The translations under genes and the position numbers were made by a program. Shown here in pieces: positions 25,756-35,892 of a DNA stretch of 64,000 nucleotides. Source of the DNA: Shigella phage ESh19; the sequence record ON528729; one strand, written 5' to 3'. Under the pieces are notes generated by a model, which was not told where the DNA came from, made no database searches, and worked only from the letters and a program-made list of their open reading frames with translations. Position 1 is the first letter of the stretch; each line of letters opens with the position of its first letter.

Positions 25756-26242
25756 TAAGTTTCATGATTTTAGTGATTCTCTTCTCAGCTTCATCATAAG
25801 TCTCTTTTGTAAGAAACTTGATTGCTGCAATGTTCGCATTGTAGAAGAGTCGAAGCTTAGAGTCAATCCTTTTTGTCATGACGTCAAACTTATGTTGTAG
25901 GTTAGCTTCGCCATAAACCAAGCCACCTCGCGTATAGTAAGTCTGGATGATGTAGAAGTCAAACTCTTTTTCACCAAAAGATTCAATATCCTTCTTAATG
26001 TATTCAGAAGATGTTTGATAAGTCATCCAATCACTTTCTTTTGTCACGACTTTACGTCTGGTCTTTCCAGCAACCTTTCTCTTAGTGACGTTATTAAATT
26101 GTTTCTTTCCAATATAATATTGTCCAGTTTTCTTACAGTATACTAAATAGACAAAACCAAAATAGTTAGCGGGGTCAATTTCCCCGCACAGTGAAATCCA
26201 ATGTCCATAAACAGGGCAATTTCCAAATCCTTTAATCTTCAT
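25742..26242 (-). CDS. GIY-YIG-like endonuclease (tentative homing endonuclease)
   Basis: GFVYLVYCKKTGQYYIGKK resembles GIY-(10 aa)-YIG module. Confidence 0.4.
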   Translation of the reverse strand: MKIKGFGNCPVYGHWISLCGEIDPANYFGFVYLVYCKKTGQYYIGKKQFNNVTKRKVAGKTRRKVVTKESDWMTYQTSSEYIKKDIESFGEKEFDFYIIQTYYTRGGLVYGEANLQHKFDVMTKRIDSKLRLFYNANIAAIKFLTKETYDEAEKRITKIMKLNERV

Positions 26243-27272
26243 TCATAACTGGCTCCCAATTGTATTTTTTAAACGTAAAATCATCTTTAGGATTTCGTTC
26301 TTGATAAGCAATCCAGAAGTGCTGCTCCATTAGTTCTAGTGGAGTTCTTGTCACAATCTGACCATCCCACGATTCATAAGTATATGACTCTTTCTTAGCA
26401 TAAAGTTCATAGATTGCGTCTAAGCACTCTTTGTAGGTAGTTTTACCTTCCAGTGCATTCATCACCGCAACTTTACCAGCACCTTTTAAACCGAAGTAGT
26501 TATCTGCATTATCACCTGCTACAGCTTGATAGCAGAGGAATTTAAAACCTACCCCGACTGTCTTCTTAGCTTTCGGTTTAGATTTGATAGGGCAATCCCA
26601 AATCTCACCAACGTTATTATCTGCAATGAAAATTAATGGAGATTTCTCGTAAGTCATATCAATACAGTAAGTTCCTTCAGCTTGACGAAGGTCTTTATCA
26701 ATACTCATCAGAGCAGCTTTTTTACCCATCTTCTCAGCTTTTGCAATAACGATAGAGTCTGCTTCGAAGCCCCCCTTTAGGAGCTTAAACTCTGGTCGTG
26801 ACAGAAGATACTCACGACAAGCAACTAGGTGTGTAGGTGTTACAGCTTCTTTTCTGTTACCTTGGTATTGGTGTTCAAGACCTTTGATATCCTTGTGTTT
26901 GTGAACACCTTTCTCAGTAAGGTAACCCATCCATTTGCGTTCTTTACCAACGACTTTCAACCACTCCTGAAGAACTTGCTGTGTAGCCATAATTGCTTCA
27001 GCTTCACTCTTAGCTTCTTTCCAAGTCTGTCTTTCCCATTCATCTTCATCAAAGTCAAGTCCTAACTCTTCAGTTAAAACTCTTTGGTCAGACAACCATT
27101 GTGCTGCCAGTTTTGCACTATCAAAAGCGTCGGATTCTTCAGCAGTGATTTTATTCACATACTTGTACTTTGCTTTTTCAACTACACAAGCACCTTTGTA
27201 AGCAATGCTATCAGAGTCAATAAAGACGTGTGTAACGCTCTCTGGGAGCTTTGTTAAGGTGTATTGTTCCAT
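26232..27272 (-). CDS. 5'-3' exonuclease / flap endonuclease (RNase H-like)
   Basis: THVFIDSDSIAYKGA and FEADS..SIDKDLRQ blocks match remembered T4 RNase H / FEN motifs; start set to ATG 27272 with GGAGAG SD. Confidence 0.65.
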   Translation of the reverse strand: MEQYTLTKLPESVTHVFIDSDSIAYKGACVVEKAKYKYVNKITAEESDAFDSAKLAAQWLSDQRVLTEELGLDFDEDEWERQTWKEAKSEAEAIMATQQVLQEWLKVVGKERKWMGYLTEKGVHKHKDIKGLEHQYQGNRKEAVTPTHLVACREYLLSRPEFKLLKGGFEADSIVIAKAEKMGKKAALMSIDKDLRQAEGTYCIDMTYEKSPLIFIADNNVGEIWDCPIKSKPKAKKTVGVGFKFLCYQAVAGDNADNYFGLKGAGKVAVMNALEGKTTYKECLDAIYELYAKKESYTYESWDGQIVTRTPLELMEQHFWIAYQERNPKDDFTFKKYNWEPVMNED

Positions 27273-27334
27273 TGTACTCTCCATACGAAAAAGCCCCATA
27301 CGTCTGTACAGGGCTTTGTAGTAGTTACTGACTA

Positions 27335-28195
27335 TTACTCGTCGTCAGTTTCGAAATCATCTTCGTCGTCATCATCTGGGTTTGGTAGGTCGTCATCATC
27401 GTCATCACCACCTTTACCTTCATCACCAGAATCTTTTGCATCTTCTTCAGTGATTTCACCGTTATCTTCAACACCCGCAAGGCCAAGCATTGCCAGTTCA
27501 TCTTCATCCAGTTCGGTTTCAGTAGCACCACCAGTACCACCAGTGTAAGGAACCAGAGTATCAATGATGAATTGTTCCTGAATTGGCTTGGTCAGAACGT
27601 TACCTTCAAAAGTGTAGAAGTGAGTCGCCAGAATCACACTACCAAATGAACCGTTACCGACTGCAATATCTGGATGAATTACATCGTAAGTCTTGTCATC
27701 ATCATGTTTGTCAGATTTTGCTGCCTTGATTTTCTTCATAGGCTGCTTAACTGCAACACGTTTACCGTTGATTTCTTCAACCAGCATTACAGGGAAACTC
27801 TGTTTTGCTGACCAAACAGCACCATCTTTGTATGCTGCTGAACGGCTAACCTTCAGGATGTGATAGGTTTCAGCTTCGAATGGAGGCTCACAACCAAACT
27901 TCTCTTCGAAGTCATCTGCATCAACAGCCTCTGTAGTAACTTTATCCCAACCTTCAGGATTCTTCTTAGTCTTGGTGAACTCTTTAAAGAGCTTGTTACC
28001 ATCTTTTGCCAGAATTGAAACGCTGTAGTTACAATCTTTGCCCGGAAAATGCTTATCCACAGATTTACCCTTTTGAGGGCGTGGAATAGTGTTCAGGTAA
28101 TAGAACCAAACATCTTTCAGCAGGTAACGCAGAGTCTCACGTTCTTGACCATTGTACTTCTCTACCGGAGCTTTCATTTTAACAACTTTAGACAT
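27335..28195 (-). CDS. putative ssDNA-binding protein with acidic C-terminal tail
   Basis: C-terminus DDDDDDLPNPDDDDEDDFETDDE; located beside primase-helicase; fold not verifiable. Confidence 0.4.
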   Translation of the reverse strand: MSKVVKMKAPVEKYNGQERETLRYLLKDVWFYYLNTIPRPQKGKSVDKHFPGKDCNYSVSILAKDGNKLFKEFTKTKKNPEGWDKVTTEAVDADDFEEKFGCEPPFEAETYHILKVSRSAAYKDGAVWSAKQSFPVMLVEEINGKRVAVKQPMKKIKAAKSDKHDDDKTYDVIHPDIAVGNGSFGSVILATHFYTFEGNVLTKPIQEQFIIDTLVPYTGGTGGATETELDEDELAMLGLAGVEDNGEITEEDAKDSGDEGKGGDDDDDDLPNPDDDDEDDFETDDE

Positions 28196-28280
28196 TTTAA
28201 TACCTCTTTCTCAAATTAACTTTTAACTCAACTATCAAGGAGTACAATCTTACAGACTTCGTACTCCCTTGTCAAATACT

Positions 28281-28418
28281 TTAAGCAGATTTCTTAGCTG
28301 CTTTACGAGCCGTCTTACCTGTACGTACCCGCTTCTGTACATAGTGTTCAGCAGATTTACCAGCAGTTGCTTTCATGGAATCGCCAAATACTTTCTCGAA
28401 TGCTTTAGAATGTTTCAT
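28281..28418 (-). CDS. possible small basic protein (45 aa; below ORF-track cutoff)
   Basis: hand-translated MKHSKAFEKVFGDSMKATAGKSAEHYVQKRVRTGKTARKAAKKSA; SD GGAGA; ATGA overlap with upstream stop. Confidence 0.3.
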   Translation of the reverse strand: MKHSKAFEKVFGDSMKATAGKSAEHYVQKRVRTGKTARKAAKKSA

Positions 28419-28696
28419 GAATCTCTCCGATATATTTCATATTCAAAATGTTTATTAGTCAAGGTAAAGATGTAAACTGTGGACAAATTATCAATTGCTA
28501 ATGCAAACATCTCAACATTGTCTTTTGATATATGTTCAAACTTTACTTTATGTCCCTTGTTGATGAGTACTTTACCGAACTGTTCTATCTTAGTCAAGCA
28601 CTCATTTACAAATTTTTCTCTACTTTCTTCTGAATAGAAGGGTTCAAAACCCTCCTTCAGATAACTATCAATCAGTTTCGAACGGACAGTCATCAT
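28415..28696 (-). CDS. hypothetical protein (93 aa)
   Basis: ORF overlapping 3' end of primase-helicase. Confidence 0.45.
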   Translation of the reverse strand: MMTVRSKLIDSYLKEGFEPFYSEESREKFVNECLTKIEQFGKVLINKGHKVKFEHISKDNVEMFALAIDNLSTVYIFTLTNKHFEYEIYRRDS

Positions 28697-30659
28697 TATC
28701 CTCGTTAATCACAGGTGGAATGGTAGAACTTTCACGTTGCTCTTGTGTGTAAATCTCTCCAGATTCACGGTCAAAATCAACATCTTCATAGTGTGGCATA
28801 GAGTCATCGTAATGGTCTTCAGCCTCACCAATACCAAACTGCTGACGAATATTCTCTGCTGCACCATCAATATCAACACCACATCCAGCAGCCTTTACAA
28901 GACGACCTGTATCTGGATTATACCAAGTGTGACCAGCAATACCAGTTGATTTACCATGACGACGACATTTCGTTAACTTGATTTTTGTCAAGTTCTTTTT
29001 AACAGGGTCTGGGTCAACCTTGTTACGCATAAGCAAAATGTTGTTCATGGAAATCTGGAAGTATGCACCAGAACCCTTGATATCTTCTTCAGAAATATCA
29101 CCACCTTCAGAGTTGGCCTTTTGACCACCTGCACTCTTACGAACGTGACACACGTTTACCTGAGCATACTGGTAACGCTTACAGCGACGAAGTAACTCAG
29201 ACAGAACTTCCTCTTCATCTGTATCAGAGCGTGACAGCGCCAATGTAATAGGGTCAAGGATGATAATCTTACAATCAAGACTGTTAACCAGATAGTCAAC
29301 AAACTCCAGCAGGTTATCTTGGTCAATTGCCCCTTGGTGGTCTACGATGTGAATACGACGACCTTTTGACAACTCAGCATGTGCAACCTTAATCTCATCC
29401 CAATTACGCTCATCGTAAGGAATCTCTGAAATCTGCTTACTAAGATGGATTGCACAGAGCATTTCCATAAGTTCTTCGTAAGTATCTTCTACAGGAATTA
29501 CACCGATGTTGTACTCAGTATCTTTCCATGCTTTGTAAATCATCTCACGAGTATATGCAGATTTACCTACAGATGAAGGTGCAGCAAGGGTTGTAATCTC
29601 ACCTAAACCATACCCGCCATAAGTCAGCTTATTCAAATCCCCGAAAGAATCTGGGAAAGGAATTAAAGGAATCTGACCACGATTCTTCATAGCATCGAAA
29701 CCATCTGCAAAGTTCTTGATACCAGCAGGGCAGTAACGAGGTGCATTGTAGATTCGTTGTTTAAATCCTTCTAAGACTGTATCTTTGTCTTTGAAGAACT
29801 TAGTCCACCACTCACTAAGGTCTTTAATACCTTCAGGATACTGGAACAGTCTTACTTTCTCAATAGGTAAGATACCAGCAGCTTCCTTAGTTGCTTTAGC
29901 CCCTGCTTCATCATTATCAAAGCATAGGTAAATCTCATCAAAGGAAGTAATATACTGATAGTTCTCTTTGATAGACTTAACATTAGCACCAGATGGTACA
30001 GAAACGTGGCAGTAATTCTTACGTCTAGACTTATCTTTAATTGCTAAAGAAGTCATGTAGATTGCTGTAGCACATTCCATCTCACCTTCCCAGATGAAAA
30101 GACGGTTACCACCTTCTGGAGCAATCCATGAACCGAACATAGCCAGTTCACCTTTAATATCTCCGACACCACCAGAAAAGTCTTTCAACTTCCCACGTAA
30201 GTGCTCTTTGTGATAGTCATCTGGATATTTGTGACGAACACGATAACCTACATGTTGCAACTTACCATCTTCATCTTTTTTGTATGTTGGATAGAAATGT
30301 GCATCAATGTCGCCATTATCGTCAATATCAACTTTAATACCAAGACGCTCAAGGACTTTTGCAGGAATCTTCCTGTCTTTTAAATCCATTGCTTCTAGGT
30401 TTTCTTTCACATCATCCAAATCCATACCACGAAATGTACGGTTTTTATTCTCTGAACCTGAAGTATGAGTACTCACAATCTGCCCTTTATCAAAATCCCA
30501 CTCTGGAAAACCTTTTCCACAACTGAAACATGTCATTGAATATGAACCGTCATCATGACGATATATAGAACCTGCATCTGAAGATAAACATTGAGGGCGT
30601 GGACATGCACAGTGACCTACAAATGTTCCAGCATCTTTCAGTTTTCTCTGTTTAGCCAT
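28668..30659 (-). CDS. DNA primase-helicase (zinc-binding domain, TOPRIM, SF4 helicase)
   Basis: N-terminal Cys4 zinc ribbon; TOPRIM E (IWEGEMECA) and DxD (DNDEAG); Walker A AAPSSVGKSAYT. Confidence 0.85.
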   Translation of the reverse strand: MAKQRKLKDAGTFVGHCACPRPQCLSSDAGSIYRHDDGSYSMTCFSCGKGFPEWDFDKGQIVSTHTSGSENKNRTFRGMDLDDVKENLEAMDLKDRKIPAKVLERLGIKVDIDDNGDIDAHFYPTYKKDEDGKLQHVGYRVRHKYPDDYHKEHLRGKLKDFSGGVGDIKGELAMFGSWIAPEGGNRLFIWEGEMECATAIYMTSLAIKDKSRRKNYCHVSVPSGANVKSIKENYQYITSFDEIYLCFDNDEAGAKATKEAAGILPIEKVRLFQYPEGIKDLSEWWTKFFKDKDTVLEGFKQRIYNAPRYCPAGIKNFADGFDAMKNRGQIPLIPFPDSFGDLNKLTYGGYGLGEITTLAAPSSVGKSAYTREMIYKAWKDTEYNIGVIPVEDTYEELMEMLCAIHLSKQISEIPYDERNWDEIKVAHAELSKGRRIHIVDHQGAIDQDNLLEFVDYLVNSLDCKIIILDPITLALSRSDTDEEEVLSELLRRCKRYQYAQVNVCHVRKSAGGQKANSEGGDISEEDIKGSGAYFQISMNNILLMRNKVDPDPVKKNLTKIKLTKCRRHGKSTGIAGHTWYNPDTGRLVKAAGCGVDIDGAAENIRQQFGIGEAEDHYDDSMPHYEDVDFDRESGEIYTQEQRESSTIPPVINEDNDDCPFETD

Positions 30660-30852
30660 TCACACCTCTTCGTTGTAGTTCTGCCTTAAGACCGTTTTCA
30701 ATCTTATCAAGCTCATGGATTTCTTCTGCAATCTCTTTCCTTCTTGAAGCGACCCTTTCAAGTCGCTCCATCATAACTTCTTTGGAAAGAGATGAGAGTT
30801 CCACTGTACGGTGGTCAATTACTTTAAAGTTATTCTCTCTCATCTTCAACAC
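30652..30852 (-). CDS. hypothetical protein (66 aa)
   Basis: ORF. Confidence 0.4.
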   Translation of the reverse strand: MLKMRENNFKVIDHRTVELSSLSKEVMMERLERVASRRKEIAEEIHELDKIENGLKAELQRRGVNG

Positions 30853-30855
30853 CTT

Positions 30856-31596
30856 TTATAGATTGATAATGGTTTTAAGTTTACTCTCTAACTCTTCCAT
30901 CGTTCCGTTATTCTGGATAATATCACGGGAGAAGTTAGTGGAGATACCACGTTCAGAGCTATGGGAAGCCACCTGAATAGCATCTTTTCTTGTAATCTCA
31001 ATTATCTGGCTATCATAGCTTTGAAGGAACTCAGCTTCAATATCAAATCTTAAATCACATACCAGTGCAATACCTATGTGACTTTTCTTAACGCAATCAC
31101 CATAGAATTTTTCAATACGTTCTGCCAAATCTGTAATCCAGAAACGCTCTCCAAGAATTTTACGGATAACCTCACTACCCCAGACTTGCTGTATTTGTCT
31201 TGAGGAAATCATATATTCATTTTTCAAACCAAGCTTTGTAAGCAATGTTGGCTTACCAACTTTCTTTAACTCTTTGATAAGTCTGTCTGTGATTTCCCCA
31301 CAAAGTTTTGCATCATCTTGTATACCCTTGCTTTTCATGTTTATATTGAAAGCCCATGCCACACGAGAGTTAAGGTTGTCAAAATCTAAGCTAAACTTTT
31401 TAGGCGTTTCTTTCGTATCACCATATAGGTCGTGCCAGTTTAAGTCAAAGATAAACCCAGCAGTTGCTTTTAAGTTATCGGCAAACGCAAACACTTTAAC
31501 AGTGTATCCAGCCTCATTCAATAGATTTTTTACAATGCTGCAAGACGTATCCTTTCCAGAACGAGCTTTTCCAGTAAATGCAATAACACTTTTCAT
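30856..31596 (-). CDS. deoxynucleoside monophosphate kinase (T4 gp1-like)
   Basis: P-loop FTGKARSGKDT and C-terminal GTMEELESKLKTIINL match remembered T4 dNMP kinase; start set to ATG 31596 (track start is TTG). Confidence 0.7.
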   Translation of the reverse strand: MKSVIAFTGKARSGKDTSCSIVKNLLNEAGYTVKVFAFADNLKATAGFIFDLNWHDLYGDTKETPKKFSLDFDNLNSRVAWAFNINMKSKGIQDDAKLCGEITDRLIKELKKVGKPTLLTKLGLKNEYMISSRQIQQVWGSEVIRKILGERFWITDLAERIEKFYGDCVKKSHIGIALVCDLRFDIEAEFLQSYDSQIIEITRKDAIQVASHSSERGISTNFSRDIIQNNGTMEELESKLKTIINL

Positions 31597-31653
31597 ATCG
31601 TTCACTCCATAATAAAAAGCCCCCAATTAAGGAGGCTGAAGGGTATGCCACAA

Positions 31654-32448
31654 TTATTGTAGTTGAGAACCAGTGAGTTCACGCTCAGACATTGCTTCTA
31701 GCTGCTGAACAAACTCTTCACCGAAGTTGATTGCAATCTTGGTGCTAAGGACTGCTGCACCAGTTTGGCTAAATACATCCCCTAGTGCTGCTGTATGAGC
31801 ACCTTGTGAAATGCTCTCTACAAAGCTTGGGTCAGACTCTAACATTTTTGACACTTCAAGTAAAGCATGAATACCCATGATACTAAAGATAGCGTTTAAC
31901 AGTGAAGTTACCTTAACCTGAATAGGGTCTAAAGAGAGACCATTAGTAATCTCTGACAGCTTATTCATTGTCTCATCAGCGTACTGAATTGCCTTGTCAG
32001 AGACTTCATCAAAGCCCCAATCCAGTTTTGCATAACGTGGTGACTTATCATTCATACGCTTCTCTAGCGATGCCATTACAGCAGCAACTGGTGTACAAAT
32101 ACCTTTCAGAAGGTCTTCATCACTCATGTTATCAAGCTCTTTAATACCCTTCTCAGTAATCTGGATGTATCCACCTGAATACATTTCATCAAAGATGTAT
32201 GTTGCAAAGGCATCAACACCAATGAGGATGGTTTTCAGAGCATCAGTCTTATTAGCCAGCAGGTATTCAACCTCTTTACGGAAATCTTCGTCATTCTCTA
32301 CAGCGTTTTCTACAACACGCAGAGATTCAGGGATAAATTTTCCTGACAGTGAGTTGCTACGCATAATGATAGCAAGAGTCTCAACAGTGTTCAGCATGAA
32401 TGCTTCGTCAATACCTTTTTCTTCCAGAATCTCATTTACAGTTTTCAT
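31654..32448 (-). CDS. hypothetical protein (264 aa)
   Basis: ORF. Confidence 0.5.
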   Translation of the reverse strand: MKTVNEILEEKGIDEAFMLNTVETLAIIMRSNSLSGKFIPESLRVVENAVENDEDFRKEVEYLLANKTDALKTILIGVDAFATYIFDEMYSGGYIQITEKGIKELDNMSDEDLLKGICTPVAAVMASLEKRMNDKSPRYAKLDWGFDEVSDKAIQYADETMNKLSEITNGLSLDPIQVKVTSLLNAIFSIMGIHALLEVSKMLESDPSFVESISQGAHTAALGDVFSQTGAAVLSTKIAINFGEEFVQQLEAMSERELTGSQLQ

Positions 32449-32872
32449 CTTTAATCTCTCTCATTTTGTTAATAGTAAGTCGTGATAATCTTAAGCTTTC
32501 TTGTGAAGAGAAGTCAAGTCCTTTTTCAGACCGTGGGAAGTAATTTCTGTCCCAAGTATTCTCTGCATCCTGAAGCAGTTGGGATAGACTATCTAAGTCC
32601 GTTCCATTTTGCAACTTATTTTTTAAGGTATCTATCAAAAAGATTGTGTCTTTCGCTTTACGTCTTTCTGAAGATATCTCTTTCATGTGCTCAAATACCG
32701 AGCACTTTAAACCTTCGTCATATCCACTTGATAGTTCTATCTCATGCTGAACATCAACCATTCGACGATGTTGATAAGCATACTCCTTCTGAGCCTCAAT
32801 GTAAAGTGCTTCAACTTTTTCTAAAGCTTGGACAAGGTTATTGATATCTGGGTGAACGTACATCCTCTGCAT
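32432..32872 (-). CDS. hypothetical protein (146 aa)
   Basis: first gene of minus operon facing divergent region. Confidence 0.5.
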   Translation of the reverse strand: MQRMYVHPDINNLVQALEKVEALYIEAQKEYAYQHRRMVDVQHEIELSSGYDEGLKCSVFEHMKEISSERRKAKDTIFLIDTLKNKLQNGTDLDSLSQLLQDAENTWDRNYFPRSEKGLDFSSQESLRLSRLTINKMREIKDENCK

Positions 32873-33131
32873 GATTGCCTCTGTTAAGTATCTATAAAGA
32901 TTTTAATCTCTTATCTTTATGTATGTTATACATATAACTTTAAAGATTTTTAAAAGCTATTAAAAATCTTTTAAGACTTTTAAAGAAACTGTATAGTTAA
33001 TCTATAAAGGGAGTCTATTAAGATAAAACCCACTTCGAAAAGACTAACACCTTGTCAAGTAGTTTGTCAACTTGCTTTTTGAAGAAAATTGCTGTAGGGT
33101 ATTATCCAGAATGATTTGAGAGGGAGTAAAA
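32873..33131. promoter_or_regulatory. AT-rich divergent intergenic control region
   Basis: between divergent operons; repeated TWTAAAGA boxes, palindrome GTTATA-CA-TATAAC (32925-32938), tandem TTGTCAA (33051-33070), TTTGAA-N16-TATTAT upstream of DNA polymerase. Confidence 0.45.
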
Positions 33132-35831
33132 ATGGACAATGTAGATTTCGAAAAATTACATTTGGTTGGTGATACAGAAACTGATGGGTTGCTCCTTGAG
33201 TTTACAAAAGCACACGTAATGGCTTTCGCAGACTATAAAGATGACAGTGATGAACCTGCTGTGTGGGTTTTCACTGATGAGCCTATTCTTGGTCACAAGT
33301 ACACAAAATACATCAAAGGTGGTCTGCGTGAAGGTGTTGAGTTTGCACTGAAAGCTAAACGTCTTTGCATACATAATGGTTTAGGTTATGACTGGTGGGT
33401 GTTTAATCACATTGCACCTGACCTGTGGAACTTTGAGAATCCTAAGTGCAAGCCTTGGAGTGACTTCTTTCAGGATTCACTTATCCAATCTCGCGTACAG
33501 TGGATGGATAGACCTACACCAAAAGGTTACAAAGGTGCTCATGGTTTGGCTGCATGGGGTGCTCGTGTTGGTGTTCGTAAACCAGAGATTGAAGAGTGGG
33601 GTGTCTGGAATGCAGAGATTCTTACTCGTGTTGTAGAAGATATTAAGATTAACGCCAAAACTAAACGTGCTCTTGATAATGAGTACCTCAAGCTTAAGAA
33701 GTGTGGTGTTGACACTTATGAAACCTACATGCGAGCTAAAGAAACATCTTTCTGGATGAGTCAGCAAGCTATCAACGGTTGGAAAGCTGATGTAGAACTT
33801 ATGCAGTTCCACGTTAAAGAGCTTGACAAGTTAACTAATGAGTTGGCTGCTGAGGTTGAACCACACCTTCCACCAACTATTAAGACAAAAGGTAAAGTCA
33901 CAGGTGAAGAATTTGCCAAGTCTTGGAATGAGTATGTAGATACATTTGGTCACGTTGACGGTTTAAAAAGGATTACCAAGTACCCTAAGACAAAGTATCG
34001 TGAACAGATGCGTGAAGGTGAGTTGAAGCAGTACCCTATCAAGCCATATGGTAAGCCAACCACAAAGATTTTTAATGTTGAGAAACGCAACTGCTACACT
34101 CCAACTAACACGGTCACAAAAGAAGAGTACCCTGAAGGTTTTGTAGCAATGAAAGATGCTCGTGCAGTTTGTAATGAACTGAATGAGAAGATTGGCAAGA
34201 AGTGTAAAGATTGGAAGCCAGTTAAGACTGTGAAAACTGTGAAGTACTACAACGTTCACGTTGTTAATCACTTTGAGTTAGAGTCTAGTCGCTACACTGG
34301 TTTGATTGATGCACCATTCACACCAATTGAGTTTGAAGTTTCACGAATGACTCAGGTAGCTGTGGTGAAGGATTACTTAAAATCCGTTGGCTGGATTCCT
34401 GATGATTGGAACTATAAAAAAGATTCTGACGGTCGTCCTATCAAGGTTTGCAGGTTCAAAGACAACAAAAAGATGATTCGCAAACATCCTAAGTGGGATG
34501 AGATGGTTGAACGTTGTGGGTTGAACTATATTGAGCATGAAGGTGTCTACTACATCGAGCATAACTGGTCTGTTAAGAAGTACACAGATGTGCTTGAGCC
34601 TTGCTTGATTAGGACTTCACCAAAGCTTACAGAATCTTCTTATGATACAATCGAAGGTGAGCTTGGACAGAAGATTGCGAAGTACTATACTTTGATGCAC
34701 CGACGCAGGACTATCGAGAACTCAAAGGATGATGAGAAAGGTTGGCTGAACCAGATTCGTCCAGATGGTCGTTTGAGTGCAGGTGCAATGGTGTTTGGTA
34801 CTTCTACTGGACGTATGACTCAGTATGGTATTGTGAACGTACCTTCTGGTGCTGCTGTGTACGGTGAGCCAATGAGGGCAGTGTGGATTTGTGAAGAGGG
34901 AACCAACGTAGTATCTGTTGATATGAACTCTGCACAGCTTGTACTACTCTGTAACTTCATGGGTGATAAAGATTTCACCAAAGCGGTAACAGAGGGTAAA
35001 GAAGAGATTGAGTTTGTTCGTCAAGAGGATGGAAGATACTACTGTAAACACTTTGACCAGTATCTGAATCCAGAGATTGACAAGTATCTGCGTTACGACT
35101 CTGAAAACGATTTGTACGTAGTTTACTCAGGGACTGATGCTCATACCCTGAACAGTATCTACTTCAGCCTTAATGATGAGCAAGATATCTTGACTTGTCG
35201 TGCTACTCAGGATGAGAATCTTCTTCATGAGATTAGCAAGGGACGTAAGAAAGCTAAGAATGGTATCTATGCCCTGTTGTTCGGTGCAGGTGATGAGAAG
35301 TTTGCTAAAACAATTAAAGCAGCAACTACTCAGGAAGGTGCATTGACTAAGCAGACTTACTTTGTGCGTTTACCGAAGATTAAGAAACTGTTAGACAACT
35401 TGGAAGCTGATTTCAAAGCAACTAAGAAAGCACTTGAAGAGGTGTTTGGTAAGACTGCTGCAATAGCTAAAGGTGGATTTGTTCAGGTTGCTGGGGCGTG
35501 GTTGTGGTGTAAATCTCCACACAAACTCTTGAACTATCTGTTGATGGGTTCAGAAGCACAAGTTCAGAATGAAGCAATCAACCTTGCTTGTCGTCGTATG
35601 ATTGATGAAGGTTTGATGAAACTAAATGGTCGTAAGCCAGCTATCGGTGCTCGTTTACTTTGTGCTTACCACGACGAAACAAGCTGGGAATGCCCAGAAA
35701 GCATGACAGCAGAAGTTAAGGCAGTAACTGACTGGTATTATGGTCAAGCTTCTAAAAACTTGGGACTGAAGAAGGATACTTTGGTAACGGGTACTGGTAA
35801 GGTTGGTAAATCGTGGCTTGAAGTCCACTAA
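33132..35831 (+). CDS. DNA polymerase, family A, with 3'-5' exonuclease domain
   Basis: Exo I DTETDG near N-terminus; Pol A motif C LLCAYHDETSWE; 899 aa; SD GAGGGAG. Confidence 0.85.
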   Translation: MDNVDFEKLHLVGDTETDGLLLEFTKAHVMAFADYKDDSDEPAVWVFTDEPILGHKYTKYIKGGLREGVEFALKAKRLCIHNGLGYDWWVFNHIAPDLWNFENPKCKPWSDFFQDSLIQSRVQWMDRPTPKGYKGAHGLAAWGARVGVRKPEIEEWGVWNAEILTRVVEDIKINAKTKRALDNEYLKLKKCGVDTYETYMRAKETSFWMSQQAINGWKADVELMQFHVKELDKLTNELAAEVEPHLPPTIKTKGKVTGEEFAKSWNEYVDTFGHVDGLKRITKYPKTKYREQMREGELKQYPIKPYGKPTTKIFNVEKRNCYTPTNTVTKEEYPEGFVAMKDARAVCNELNEKIGKKCKDWKPVKTVKTVKYYNVHVVNHFELESSRYTGLIDAPFTPIEFEVSRMTQVAVVKDYLKSVGWIPDDWNYKKDSDGRPIKVCRFKDNKKMIRKHPKWDEMVERCGLNYIEHEGVYYIEHNWSVKKYTDVLEPCLIRTSPKLTESSYDTIEGELGQKIAKYYTLMHRRRTIENSKDDEKGWLNQIRPDGRLSAGAMVFGTSTGRMTQYGIVNVPSGAAVYGEPMRAVWICEEGTNVVSVDMNSAQLVLLCNFMGDKDFTKAVTEGKEEIEFVRQEDGRYYCKHFDQYLNPEIDKYLRYDSENDLYVVYSGTDAHTLNSIYFSLNDEQDILTCRATQDENLLHEISKGRKKAKNGIYALLFGAGDEKFAKTIKAATTQEGALTKQTYFVRLPKIKKLLDNLEADFKATKKALEEVFGKTAAIAKGGFVQVAGAWLWCKSPHKLLNYLLMGSEAQVQNEAINLACRRMIDEGLMKLNGRKPAIGARLLCAYHDETSWECPESMTAEVKAVTDWYYGQASKNLGLKKDTLVTGTGKVGKSWLEVH

Positions 35832-35892
35832 TAGTGTTGACAAGGTGCTCATGGAAGAGTACCTTATACTATATATTATATAGGAGACTTGT

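Noticed and set aside
27293-27316. Terminator between SSB-like gene and 5'-3' exonuclease gene
   Set aside because: Only a 4 bp stem with 13 nt loop before the U-run; too weak to call as a feature, although it supports the re-assigned exonuclease start.
35837-35870. Canonical sigma70 promoter reading TTGACA ... TATACT downstream of the polymerase gene
   Set aside because: Spacer is 22 nt, outside the 16-18 nt range; retained only as a shared motif, not as a sigma70 promoter.
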